From Vampirovibrionaceae bacterium NZW_1234 (GTDB lineage Bacteria > Cyanobacteriota > Vampirovibrionia > Vampirovibrionales > JAGQHJ01), in assembly GCA_041697335.1 (NCBI GenBank), contig JBGUGD010000010.1:28883-92882 (forward strand): a stretch of 64,000 nt of DNA. Reading direction: 5' to 3'. Position numbers and translations under genes: made by a program. The notes below the pieces were generated by a model. It ran no database searches. It was not told the origin of the DNA and worked only from the letters and a program-made list of their open reading frames with translations. Within the stretch, counting starts at the first letter, position 1. Every line of letters begins with the position of its first letter. Shown piece after piece: positions 11,827 through 21,596 of this stretch.

Positions 11827-12429
11827 TTAAAGCGCTGCGGTTTTGCCCAGAGCTTTTTCATAGGCTTCGATTTGAGGCAGGTGGGCTAAGACAAAGGCAA
11901 TGTCATCCAGGCCTTCCAACAAACAGGTCTTACGAAACGCGTTGATTTCAAAGTGATGCTGCTCCTGGTTGGGCAGGGTGACGCACTGTTCTGCCAGGTT
12001 TACGGTAATGGTTTGGCTGGGATCCTGCTCAATGGTCTGGGCCAGGTGCTGAACCACGGCTTCAGGCAAGGCAATGGGCAGGAGAAAGTTCTTGAGCGCA
12101 TTATTATAAAAAATGTCCGCAAAGGACACGGCAATAATGGCGCGAAAGCCAAAGTCTTTCAGGGACCAAGGGGCATGTTCGCGAGAGCTGCCACAGCCGA
12201 AATTGTGCCCGGCAATCAGGATCTGGCTGCCTTGGAAGCGGGTGGAGTCGAACAGTGACTCTGCCTTGATCTGGCCTTGATCGTCATAGCGCCAGTCATA
12301 AAACAATTTGGCGCCCAGGCCCGCTTTGGTGGTGCCGGTTAAAAACCGGGCCGGGATAATTTGATCGGTATCAATATCATCTTTTAAAAACGGCAGGGCC
12401 GTTGCGGTGAGGGTGGTAAAGGCGTTCAT
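11827..12429 (-). CDS. leuD: 3-isopropylmalate dehydratase small subunit
   Basis: DIDTDQIIPARFL, NFGCGSSREHAPW, SFADIFYNN. Confidence 0.98.
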   Translation of the reverse strand: MNAFTTLTATALPFLKDDIDTDQIIPARFLTGTTKAGLGAKLFYDWRYDDQGQIKAESLFDSTRFQGSQILIAGHNFGCGSSREHAPWSLKDFGFRAIIAVSFADIFYNNALKNFLLPIALPEAVVQHLAQTIEQDPSQTITVNLAEQCVTLPNQEQHHFEINAFRKTCLLEGLDDIAFVLAHLPQIEAYEKALGKTAAL

Positions 12430-13844
12430 CAGGCATGAGTCTCCCAGGTACGGATATCAACAAGGCGGCCGGAAATGGCGGCGGCCGCTGCCATGGCCGG
12501 GCTCACCAGAAACGTGCGGCTGCCCTTGCCTTGGCGACCTTTGAAATTTCGGTTGCTGGTGCTGGCACAAGCTTGGCCCGGCGCTACAACATCGCCGTTC
12601 ATGGCAATACACATACTGCATCCCGGCTCTCGCCATTCGCAGCCGGCATCGAGAAAAATTTGGGACAGACCTTCGGCTTCGGCTTGGCGTTTGATTTCTG
12701 CCGAACCGGGTACCACGAGGGCTCGAACGTGAGAGGCCACTCGTTTGTCCGCAAGGACCTCGGCGGCGGCACGTAAATCCTCCATGCGAGAGTTGGTACA
12801 GCTGCCAATAAACACCACATCAATGGGGGTGCCGGCAATGGGATGGCCCGGCTCCAACTTCATGTAGTCCAGAGCGGCCAGAAGCTCTTCCTGTTCTTGC
12901 AGGGTGTTGAAATCGTCTTTTTTGGGCACCATGGCCGAAATCTTCATGGCCATCCCCGGATGGGTCCCATAGGTGACCATCGGTTCGATGTCTTCGGCCT
13001 GAAGGATGACCTGGGTGTCGTATTTTGCCCCGACATCGGTTTTAAGTTCCCGCCAGCGCTGGCAGGCAGTCTCGAAGGCTTCGCCCTGGGGGGCAAAGGG
13101 TTTGTCTTTGAGATAGGCAAAGGTTACTTCATCAGGGGCAACCATGCCAGCCCGGGCACCGGCCTCAATGGACATATTGCACAGTGTCATCCGGCCTTCC
13201 ATGCTGAGGCTGCGGATGGCCGAGCCCGTGTATTCAATGACATGGCCCGTGGCGCCACCCACCCCGATTTTGGAGATGATGTACAAGATGACATCTTTTG
13301 CAGTCACACCCAAGGGTAAGGTGCCTTCAACCCGAATTTCCATGGTCTTGGAGGGGGCCTGAAGCAAGCATTGGCTGGCAAGAACCAGCTCCACCTCACT
13401 GGTGCCGATACCAAAGGCCAGGGCCCCAAAGGCTCCGTGGGTCGAAGTATGGCTGTCGCCACAGACCATGGTCATGCCAGGCTGGGTCAGCCCAAGTTCC
13501 GGGCCAATAACATGGACAATGCCCTGGTGGTTGCTGGCCACGTCAAACAGGGTGATGCCGTGTTTTCGGCAGTTTTCGGCCAGGGTCGCCAACTGGGTCC
13601 GAGCGGCTTCGTCCTCAATGGGCTTGGAACGATCTGTGGTGGGAATGCTGTGGTCCTCAGTGGCGGTGGTCAAATCCGGCCGACGGACGGGAATCCCCCG
13701 AGCGGCAAGGCCGGAAAAGGCTTGTGGCGAAGTGACTTCATGAATTAAATGGCGATCGATATATACGATGGCCGGGCCGCCTTCGGTTTGGTGAACCACG
13801 TGGGCGTCCCAAATTTTTTCGTATAAGGTTTTTGGCGCACTCAT
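12429..13844 (-). CDS. leuC: 3-isopropylmalate dehydratase large subunit
   Basis: [45 protein letters not shown]. Start at MSAPK (13844). Confidence 0.98.
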   Translation of the reverse strand: MSAPKTLYEKIWDAHVVHQTEGGPAIVYIDRHLIHEVTSPQAFSGLAARGIPVRRPDLTTATEDHSIPTTDRSKPIEDEAARTQLATLAENCRKHGITLFDVASNHQGIVHVIGPELGLTQPGMTMVCGDSHTSTHGAFGALAFGIGTSEVELVLASQCLLQAPSKTMEIRVEGTLPLGVTAKDVILYIISKIGVGGATGHVIEYTGSAIRSLSMEGRMTLCNMSIEAGARAGMVAPDEVTFAYLKDKPFAPQGEAFETACQRWRELKTDVGAKYDTQVILQAEDIEPMVTYGTHPGMAMKISAMVPKKDDFNTLQEQEELLAALDYMKLEPGHPIAGTPIDVVFIGSCTNSRMEDLRAAAEVLADKRVASHVRALVVPGSAEIKRQAEAEGLSQIFLDAGCEWREPGCSMCIAMNGDVVAPGQACASTSNRNFKGRQGKGSRTFLVSPAMAAAAAISGRLVDIRTWETHA

Positions 13845-14179
13845 GGTGGGTTGTCTTTCTGTGTTATCAACGTCAAAAAGGCCATTGGGCCAGAAATTCA
13901 ATGGTTATACCCCAGTAAAGAGCAAGGTGCTGATCGCAGCACGACCGGGTTGTTTCTGGCATTGTATCGCAAACCATGGTCTGTGTCCGGCGCGACGTGG
14001 AGGCCGGAGCGGGGCTTGTGACGGTTCAATTCTTAAGATAAGGGGAAAATATTAAGGAAATGTTAATTGTCTGAAACCTTCTGTTTATAGGCTTCTTCAG
14101 GTTTTTGCCCAGGTCCGGTTTAAGGAAAAATTAATAATCTAACACCAAATCTTAAGAAACTGTTTTTATATTAATACAA

Positions 14180-14636
14180 GGGCTAACGAGGCAAAACGAA
14201 AGGACAATAGGGTGGGGCGAATCGCTTGACAGAATTTTAACAATCCAATCATTTCTGAGTCATTGGCTCCCCTGAGAGCCGTGAGTGGCTGAGAAACCGC
14301 ATGAAATAGCTTTTTCTTCCTTCACACACATACACATTCACATTTTCCATTAAATGAACTAGCGAGACCCATAAGCAAGGGCACGTCAATTGGAGAGTGC
14401 CTTCCCTTAGGGGAAGGTCCGGTTTTTTTCCTACCTATCTTAACTAACGAGACCCACAAGCGATTACAAGTTACATTGGAGATTGCCTTCCCCGCAAGGG
14501 GAAGGACAGATTTACTAACCTACATCACACACACACACATTCCTCACATGCGAGGCGATGACAGACATTGGGGACACGTTACAGGGGCGATTTTAAAGCA
14601 GCCGGGCAAGGAATGCCACGGCTGTTTTAAACTTTC
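14180..14636 (+). ncRNA. Candidate structured non-coding RNA with two tandem ~85-nt repeat units
   Basis: No credible ORF. Two units (14357-14417, 14442-14505) share sequence and hairpins. CA-rich tracts and a terminal hairpin at 14592-14631. Boundaries are approximate. Confidence 0.5.
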
Positions 14637-14848
14637 AGACGGGATGTTCAGCAGATCACTTTTAGGCTCACTCACACCCAGCCGGGGCTCCTGCCCAGGG
14701 GCGGGTTGTGTGGCGAGGGTCCTCCGGGTCTGTTTGATAGGATAACACCCAAATCCCCCAAGTCGGTCTGTTTGCTAGCTCATCCTTCTTGTTATGGTGT
14801 CCATGGCACAAAACCGAGAGACAGCGCATTTCAAGGGCGTAACCAGGG

Positions 14849-16294
14849 ATGATGACCGTTTTGGATCGACTTCGACATTGGACCTACGGTGCAGTGAAAC
14901 ACTGCACCGGATCTCGCTATGCTGAGAACCTGCGCTGGTTACATGCCCATCAGTTTGATTCCTACGAGGACAACCTGGCTTGCCAGCAGAAGATGTTGCG
15001 TGATTTACTCATCTTTAGTGCATCTCATATTCCGTATTACCGTCAATTACTGCGTCAAACCGGCGTAGTCGATGGTCAGGGGCGCATTCATCTGGCGCGC
15101 TGGAGTGATCTGCCGGCTTTGACGCGAGGGGATCTGCAGGCCCATTTAAGTCAGCTTCTCAGCGATGATGCGTCCTCACGCCGTCGCATTATTGCCTTGC
15201 CGACCGGAGGCACCACGGCAACCCCGGTGGTACCCAAAGCCGATTTGACTTATTGGGATTGGACTCAGGCCCAGACGTGGCTTTATTTTAGCTGGATGGG
15301 GCTGAATATCGGGATGCCTTATTTTTACTTCTGGGGAGCACCCCAGGACATTGGCGCACAAGGGAAAACCTGGAAGGATAAATTGTGGCTGCAAGGCATC
15401 CAGAACCGCTATGTCCTTAACTGCCGGCGGATGTCACCCGAAATTATGGCGGCCTATATTGACCGGATGAACGCCATGCCCGAGCGCAACCATATGGTGG
15501 CATGTGTCCAGGAACTCTATGAATTGGCCTGTTTCAGCCAGGAACATGGCTACCCGGTTCGCCGGGGAATGGTTGGCATTTGTGTTACGACAGCCGCGCT
15601 GACCGAACCGATGCGCGAGACCATTCAATCGGTTTTCGGTTGCCCTGTCTTCAGCCGCTATGGCAGCCGAGAGGTCGGGGACTTGGCATGTGAATGCCAA
15701 TATCAGGCCGGTCATCACGTCAACCCGTTAACTGCCTTTATAGAGGTGGTTGATGAACAGGGACAGCCGGTTCCTCCCGGCGTGGAGGGACGCATTCTGG
15801 TGACGAACCTCCATAATTACCTGATGCCCCTGATTCGCTACGAGCTTCAAGACCTTGGGATCTGGAGCGAGGCCTGTCGGTGTGCGTGCGGGCGTCAATG
15901 GCCGACCCTGAAAATGATTACCGGACGACTTCATGAGCGCCTGGTTCTGCCCGATGGATCGACCTTCGGCAAGGTCTTTCTCCACTACATCATGGATCCG
16001 TTTCAGAAGCTGCGGGCTTATCAATTTCATCAAGTCAGCCCCACCCAGGTGGAAGTCCATGTGGTGTCACCTATCCGGGACTACTTGCAGGTGTTCAGGC
16101 AGGAGTATCAGGAATCGCTAAAACGGTTTCATCAGGTTACGGAGCAGCAGTTTCAGGTGACGTATAAGCAAGTGGACCTGCTGGAAAAGACCCCTTCGGG
16201 CAAGCAGTTGGTGATCGTCAATCATGTGTTGCCGGCGCGCCAGCCCATGCCTGTGTCTGCAGCGACTGAGGCGGCGGTGCCGGTTTTTTCCTAA
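14849..16294 (+). CDS. Phenylacetate-CoA ligase / CapK-like adenylate-forming protein
   Basis: IPYYR, TGGTT, YGSREVG..ACEC, GRILVTNLHNYLMPLIRY..D, C.CGR, GR, TPSGK. Confidence 0.88.
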   Translation: MMTVLDRLRHWTYGAVKHCTGSRYAENLRWLHAHQFDSYEDNLACQQKMLRDLLIFSASHIPYYRQLLRQTGVVDGQGRIHLARWSDLPALTRGDLQAHLSQLLSDDASSRRRIIALPTGGTTATPVVPKADLTYWDWTQAQTWLYFSWMGLNIGMPYFYFWGAPQDIGAQGKTWKDKLWLQGIQNRYVLNCRRMSPEIMAAYIDRMNAMPERNHMVACVQELYELACFSQEHGYPVRRGMVGICVTTAALTEPMRETIQSVFGCPVFSRYGSREVGDLACECQYQAGHHVNPLTAFIEVVDEQGQPVPPGVEGRILVTNLHNYLMPLIRYELQDLGIWSEACRCACGRQWPTLKMITGRLHERLVLPDGSTFGKVFLHYIMDPFQKLRAYQFHQVSPTQVEVHVVSPIRDYLQVFRQEYQESLKRFHQVTEQQFQVTYKQVDLLEKTPSGKQLVIVNHVLPARQPMPVSAATEAAVPVFS

Positions 16295-16560
16295 GCCTGG
16301 GCTTGTTGCGATTTTCGGGCGGCCCACACCATCAGTCCGGCTAGAACCATGGTGCCAAAGTAGACGCAAGCCCACTTGGCACAGGCCATGGCGACGACAA
16401 GGCCCAGGGCCGCATGCCAGGGGTGCTGTCTGACATAGCTCAGGACTTGACCAAAGAAGGCTTTACTGCGCTGAGTAATCGGGCAACAGGTTTTGGCGCC
16501 GGATACCTGATCCAGGGCCTGATGAATATCCGGTTCAGGGGAGTTTGGGGGAACGGTCAT
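16291..16560 (-). CDS. Small hypothetical membrane protein
   Basis: MTVPPN... ORF with a C-terminal hydrophobic hairpin HAALGLVVAMACAKWACVYFGTMVLAGLMVWA. Confidence 0.6.
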   Translation of the reverse strand: MTVPPNSPEPDIHQALDQVSGAKTCCPITQRSKAFFGQVLSYVRQHPWHAALGLVVAMACAKWACVYFGTMVLAGLMVWAARKSQQAQA

Positions 16561-16731
16561 GCATGGGTCCTCGGCTGATGCATGTCTGCGATAGGGCAGT
16601 CGGCATGGTATCGGCATGAAAGGGCAAAACCTGAATGGACCCTCTCTTTTTCTTAGAGCCTTGGCGTATATCCGGAATCCGATGCTAGAATAAGCAAAAG
16701 GCCCGATTTTAAGGGTAGGTAAGGAGCCCGT

Positions 16732-16965
16732 GTGATGAAGCGGCGATCGGTGTGGCATTATATCGGCTATTTTGGGTTTATTTATCTCCTGATCATGGGG
16801 GTGCTGTGGTTAGGCTATCCGACAGCCCAGCAGTATGCCAAGCCATTTGCGGCGCTTATTTTTCCAATTAACGAAAACAATTCGATCGGGAAAACCCTGT
16901 TGGTGACCTCGGGGATGTATTGGCTCATGGTGGGGGGCTATTTGTGGGTGTTGGGCAAACGCTAA
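16732..16965 (+). CDS. Small hypothetical membrane protein (two TM segments)
   Basis: AAGGAG RBS upstream. Two hydrophobic segments. Confidence 0.7.
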   Translation: MMKRRSVWHYIGYFGFIYLLIMGVLWLGYPTAQQYAKPFAALIFPINENNSIGKTLLVTSGMYWLMVGGYLWVLGKR

Positions 16966-17010
16966 AAAACCGGGCCACGCGATAAACGCCGAAAACCAGT
17001 CTTCACGACC

Positions 17011-17040
17011 AAAGGCACCCCGGAGAAGTGGGGTGCCTTT
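17011..17040. terminator. Bidirectional intrinsic terminator
   Basis: AAAGGCACCCC-N8-GGGGTGCCTTT between convergent genes. Confidence 0.8.
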
Positions 17041-17077
17041 GTAAACGTCTTGGACAGAAGAGGGTGGGAATAAAGGT

Positions 17078-18835
17078 TTATTTTTTATCTTTATCCTTAT
17101 CCTCGTAGTTCGAGCTGCCGGAGTTACCGGCATTTCCGGAATTTCCAGCGTTACCAGAATTGCCTGCATTTCCGGAGTTTCCAGCGTTATAGTTATTGCC
17201 GCTTCCGGAGTTGCCCGCATTGCCGGAATTACCAGCATTGCCTGAGTTTCCGGAATTTCCAGAATTTCCAGAGTTACCGGCATTGTAATTGTTGCCGGCA
17301 TTCCCGGAGTTACCCGCATTGCCGGAATTACCGGAGTTGCCTGAGTTTCCAGAATTGCCGGAATTGCCGGAATTATAGTTGTTGCCGCTGCCTGTAGCGC
17401 CCGCATTCCCGGCTGCGCCGGCATTGCCAGCGGCACCGGAATTGCCTGTGCCTTGGGTGGAGCCACCGCCGCCACCACCGCCATCGCCGCTGTTAAAACG
17501 GTTGATGGCTGTGTTGTCGAATGAACGCTGAGGCTCTTGATCGGCACCGGAGCTGATGCGGTTGATCAGGGCTCGGCCTTTTTCCTTGTCGGTATCAAAG
17601 GCTTTAACACCTTCCTGCAAGTCTCGGGCATCGAGCTGCAAACCGCCTTTAGAAACATAGTCAATGGCCTTGCGGTATTCTTTCGGGTTATTGACGTAGG
17701 TTTTGTCGTCATCGCTACTGAAGATTTGACGTAGCTGTAACGTACCTCGGTTCAAGGCTTTAGTGACGGCATTTAACGTTGCCACATCCTTGTCGCCAAC
17801 ACCGGGATCATCGGCCAGATCCTGGTTTCCGCTGTTTGCAAGCAGGGTCTTCAGTTTGGCGTTGTTATAGTTGTTGGCCGTGCCTTTTTCATCGGTGCCG
17901 TTTTTGAAGGTGGCAGCCACAGCAGCAAACATGTCACCCGGCTTGGTCAAGTCGACTTGCACGCTTGCCAGTTTGTCTTCCGAATCCCGGGTATTATCGA
18001 CACGGAAGTTACCGATGATCTCACGCGTGTATCCGTCGATAATATTGACACGGGCCGCAGCAACCGCATTGTTGGTGCCCATTTTAATAAAGCGGTCTTT
18101 AATGATGGTTTGGTTGACGTTGCCGTTTTTATCCACGGCACGGGCGTAGTCGTCAACCAGGCGACCATCGGGGGCCGGTAGCTTGGTTAATTCTTTTTCA
18201 TAGTTCACCGCAGGTGGTGTGGTTGTTCCGCCGCCACCACCGCCGGTTGCCGGTGCAGGAGCTGGGTTAGGGGTTCCTGCCGGAGATGGGGTCGGGGTAG
18301 CTGCAGGGGTAGGCGTTGCTGCGGGTGTAGGTGTTGCAGCGGGTGTAGGTGTTGCAGCGGGTGTGGGGGTTGCCGCCGGGCTTGGGGTCGCTGCTGGGCT
18401 GGGCGACGGCGATGGGCCTGCTGCCGGGGAGGGTTTTGCCGCAGGTTTCGGTTTGGACGAGCCAAACAGATCGCCCTGGGTCAGCAAGACCACAAAGAGC
18501 AATAAGAAGATCATGGACGAGGGATCCTGGCCCATCATGCCATTCATCATGCTCATGCCGGAGGACGATGATGGGGCAAAATCATCCGGTGGGCCAAATA
18601 AAGGACTGGATGCGGTGGGCAGATTGGCACCAAATGCGCCACTCAAGAGCCCGGATAAGGGATCGGCCGAGCCGCCAATCAGGGATGAAGCGCCAAAAAG
18701 GGATCCGGCTCCTCCGCCCAAGATACTGCTCAGAGGCGAGGGCGAGCCAAAGCCAGAGCCCTGGAGTCCTGAAGCTCCTCCAAGCAAGCTGGATCCAAAA
18801 ATGGATGACAGCGATGTGCTAAATAAACTGTTCAT
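17078..18835 (-). CDS. Low-complexity Gly/Ser-rich protein with PAATPT linker repeats and a C-terminal (G-N-S/A)n tract
   Basis: GGAGGAG RBS before MNSLF (18835). Repeats use varied synonymous codons. Central globular region. Confidence 0.85.
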   Translation of the reverse strand: MNSLFSTSLSSIFGSSLLGGASGLQGSGFGSPSPLSSILGGGAGSLFGASSLIGGSADPLSGLLSGAFGANLPTASSPLFGPPDDFAPSSSSGMSMMNGMMGQDPSSMIFLLLFVVLLTQGDLFGSSKPKPAAKPSPAAGPSPSPSPAATPSPAATPTPAATPTPAATPTPAATPTPAATPTPSPAGTPNPAPAPATGGGGGGTTTPPAVNYEKELTKLPAPDGRLVDDYARAVDKNGNVNQTIIKDRFIKMGTNNAVAAARVNIIDGYTREIIGNFRVDNTRDSEDKLASVQVDLTKPGDMFAAVAATFKNGTDEKGTANNYNNAKLKTLLANSGNQDLADDPGVGDKDVATLNAVTKALNRGTLQLRQIFSSDDDKTYVNNPKEYRKAIDYVSKGGLQLDARDLQEGVKAFDTDKEKGRALINRISSGADQEPQRSFDNTAINRFNSGDGGGGGGGSTQGTGNSGAAGNAGAAGNAGATGSGNNYNSGNSGNSGNSGNSGNSGNAGNSGNAGNNYNAGNSGNSGNSGNSGNAGNSGNAGNSGSGNNYNAGNSGNAGNSGNAGNSGNAGNSGSSNYEDKDKDKK

Positions 18836-20080
18836 GAGTTCTTCTCCTCCGTCTGACAAGTCTGTCCAACACGATCCAATCTCGAATTGGATGAAAACCA
18901 TATTTCAGTTTTTAGATGTCACATGCGCAGGGCATAGACTTCTCTCTTGTGAGTATAAAAACAATCAATTAAAATTTTTATCCCTTATGTTAAGAAATTG
19001 TTATGTAAGGTTTTCAGGATGGGTAAGAAAACCTTGCTTGGCCTTGGATTCGGCCTGTTCGTTTATTACGGATTACTGGTTTGACCGTGCGGACAATTTG
19101 TCCACACGGTGATTTGGGGCCAATTTTGGAAAAATTCCGTACGGGGAATAAGACCCATTGGGGCGATAGGTGCCATGGGGGTCAAGACGGTGCCACGGCA
19201 CATATCGCTCCAGGTGGAGAAAATACCGAGATTTTTAGGGGCTGTTTTGGGGTGCATTTGTAAAAACCTTTAATTGATTGTGTTTTACTTGTTTTATTCC
19301 ATAAAACCCTTTGTTTTAAACGTTTTTTTATAAAAATTTTGTTAAAATTGCTATGATGGCTTATTTTTTGGATTTTAATGTCTTTAATTTCTGCCATTAA
19401 AAGTTGATTGTGGGTTTTGAGGTGTGTTTTTTCTGTCTGGAAGATTGCTTTTGGTTTTTGTGTTTTTTGGGTGCGGGCAGGTTGGCTGTCTCATGTGGGT
19501 TTTGGCCCCGGCGATATGCTTGGTAACGGCTTTATGGCCTTTGGCTTTCTGAATCTCCTCTTGCCATTCTCGTCTCTCCTCATCAATTTCATTCCCATAA
19601 GAGCAGATGATTTTTAAGGCAGGGTGGTTTTTGATCCGAGAACCATGTTGTTTGGCAAGAAACAGAGATGGCCGGGGGGGGAGGGCGTCACGATGGATGG
19701 GTGCGATTGAGGCCGCTGTCTGATGCGTGGGTTTTCTCGCGGTATTTAGGGTCCATTTTTTTTCAGACGTCCAAAGAATCCATACCCGGGGCGCGCAACA
19801 ATTTGTGAGCGTTGTTTTTGGTGTTTTCTCAATCTCCTCGATTTTGTCAGGCAGGTTCGATCATGGGCCGCGAGGGCGGCCCTTCTGTCATAAAAGCCAC
19901 AGGGAACAGCTGCGAGTGTGGTTATGCGAGAGCGTAAATGTAACGAAGAATTTACAAAGTAACATCGAGAAAAATCAAATTTGTTTTTATAAAAATAAAT
20001 GAATTATTAATACCCTTGGTTTGTCAGGCGTCCATGTTGGCGCGGTTTGTTGAGAGAAGTTACCTTAAGAGAGAAGCACC

Positions 20081-21349
20081 ATGTTTGGTAATCCTATCAT
20101 CAGTTCATTGTTGCCATCCTCGGGGCTCACTGCATTGCAGGGCTCGCAGATGGGGGCAGCCCGCCCGATGGGTGGGATGATGCCGGGTGCCTCAATGCAG
20201 GTATCTTCCTGGGGCAATGCCTTTGGTTCCCAAAATCAGTCCATGGGAATGCAGCAGAGTTGGATGCAACTGCTTTATGGCCTTGTGATGGTGCAATTGT
20301 TTCAGACATTGTTGCAAAAACCCCAACCCAAGCCATTACCCGAGCCGGAGCCCATCAGTCCAACGTTAATTGAGGATCGTCCGGAGGCCAAGGTGATTGG
20401 GGACATCAATTACCGTAACCTCAATCTGGAAGAACGTCGTAAACTGAGTAATATGTCGGATCGGGAACGGGCCGTGCTTCACTTATGGGGCCGCCAAATG
20501 ATTGCCGAGGGCAAGCAGGACGGTGGTATTCTGCTTACCGTGCTTGAATCGGCCCAGACGGGTCAAAACGATGGAACTGTCTTGACGGAGAATGCGGAAG
20601 TGCTTCTGGCTCAAGAATTGGTGGCCAAGGAGAAAGAACGGTTTGGTGCCGTGACGGGACGCACCCTGGACGAAGAATTTTTTAAACTCTATGAAAAACT
20701 GACGGGCAAGGATATTTCGGCTCGCTATGCCAATGCGCCCTTGCATAAAGCCGATGGCCCCACGCGAATGCCCAAGCAGTTTCGGTTGGATTCGCCGGAA
20801 TGGGAAAGTGCCTTGCAAGAGCAAAGCGGCTTAAACGGCTTTGAGAATTCGGTCCTGCGCCTTTGGGGCCATAATCCCCTGTTTACCGGGAATATTGATG
20901 GCTCTATTCTGGCCTTTACCCTGGCCAATGAAAAGTCATTGGATCCGGGTCTGAACAAAGCGGATGTCAGAAACTTGCTGGAAGCCGATATGGTGGCCGA
21001 TGGCAAATTGAACGGCGATGCTCTTGAAAAGGCCTTTGTGGATGTGATGGACAAAATGTATCTGGGCACCGAAGGGGCTTCTGTGGAAAAGACCAAGCAG
21101 TTTGCCCTGGACAGAGCCCGTGCCTTGAAACGCACGGCCCAGCAGATAAAGCAAAGCACCACGGAAGGCGTTCAGGATGCCATTAAGTCTGTGGGCAAAA
21201 CCATGAAGGATCACCCGGTGCTCACCGGCATCAGCATTTCCGGTTTGCTGACGGCTGCCATTATTTGCCCTTTCCTGGCGGGCTTGGGCATGGGAGGCGC
21301 TGGCGTTGCCATAGCCCAGCGCTTGATTGAAGGTGGCAGAGACGATTAA
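20081..21349 (+). CDS. Hypothetical protein with Gly/Met-rich N-terminus, internally duplicated domain and C-terminal hydrophobic segment
   Basis: 422-aa ORF. Repeat VLHLWG..DGGIL / VLRLWG..DGSIL. Confidence 0.85.
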   Translation: MFGNPIISSLLPSSGLTALQGSQMGAARPMGGMMPGASMQVSSWGNAFGSQNQSMGMQQSWMQLLYGLVMVQLFQTLLQKPQPKPLPEPEPISPTLIEDRPEAKVIGDINYRNLNLEERRKLSNMSDRERAVLHLWGRQMIAEGKQDGGILLTVLESAQTGQNDGTVLTENAEVLLAQELVAKEKERFGAVTGRTLDEEFFKLYEKLTGKDISARYANAPLHKADGPTRMPKQFRLDSPEWESALQEQSGLNGFENSVLRLWGHNPLFTGNIDGSILAFTLANEKSLDPGLNKADVRNLLEADMVADGKLNGDALEKAFVDVMDKMYLGTEGASVEKTKQFALDRARALKRTAQQIKQSTTEGVQDAIKSVGKTMKDHPVLTGISISGLLTAAIICPFLAGLGMGGAGVAIAQRLIEGGRDD

Positions 21350-21596
21350 GCGTTCACAATGATAACGGTCTTTCGCTTGCAGTCCTGCAAAGCGGCACAA
21401 TACGTTTTGTCATTGTCGGGTCTAGCGTGATTCGATGCATTGCTTGCGATGTACCAGAGCCCCCTCGCCATCAACGGCTTGGCGTTGACTTGGGGCTTAT
21501 CGCGTCCGAGAGTTGGAGGTGTGTTTTTTTTCACGTAAAATAGGACTGTCAAAATAGCGTGTTAAAAACAGACTAAAGAAAGAAACGAAGACAATT

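Noticed and set aside
14301..14362. Two minimal ORFs ATG-AAA-TAG and ATG-AAC-TAG inside the RNA candidate
   Set aside because: No RBS, and expected by chance.
14357..14505. Possible mini CRISPR array
   Set aside because: Only two imperfect ~60-nt units, no series of identical repeats with unique spacers, and no cas genes in the window.
18219..19112. 297-aa plus-strand ORF with GVAAGV repeats (also 16810-17547 minus)
   Set aside because: Antisense or alternate-frame shadow of the repeats in the 17078-18835 gene.
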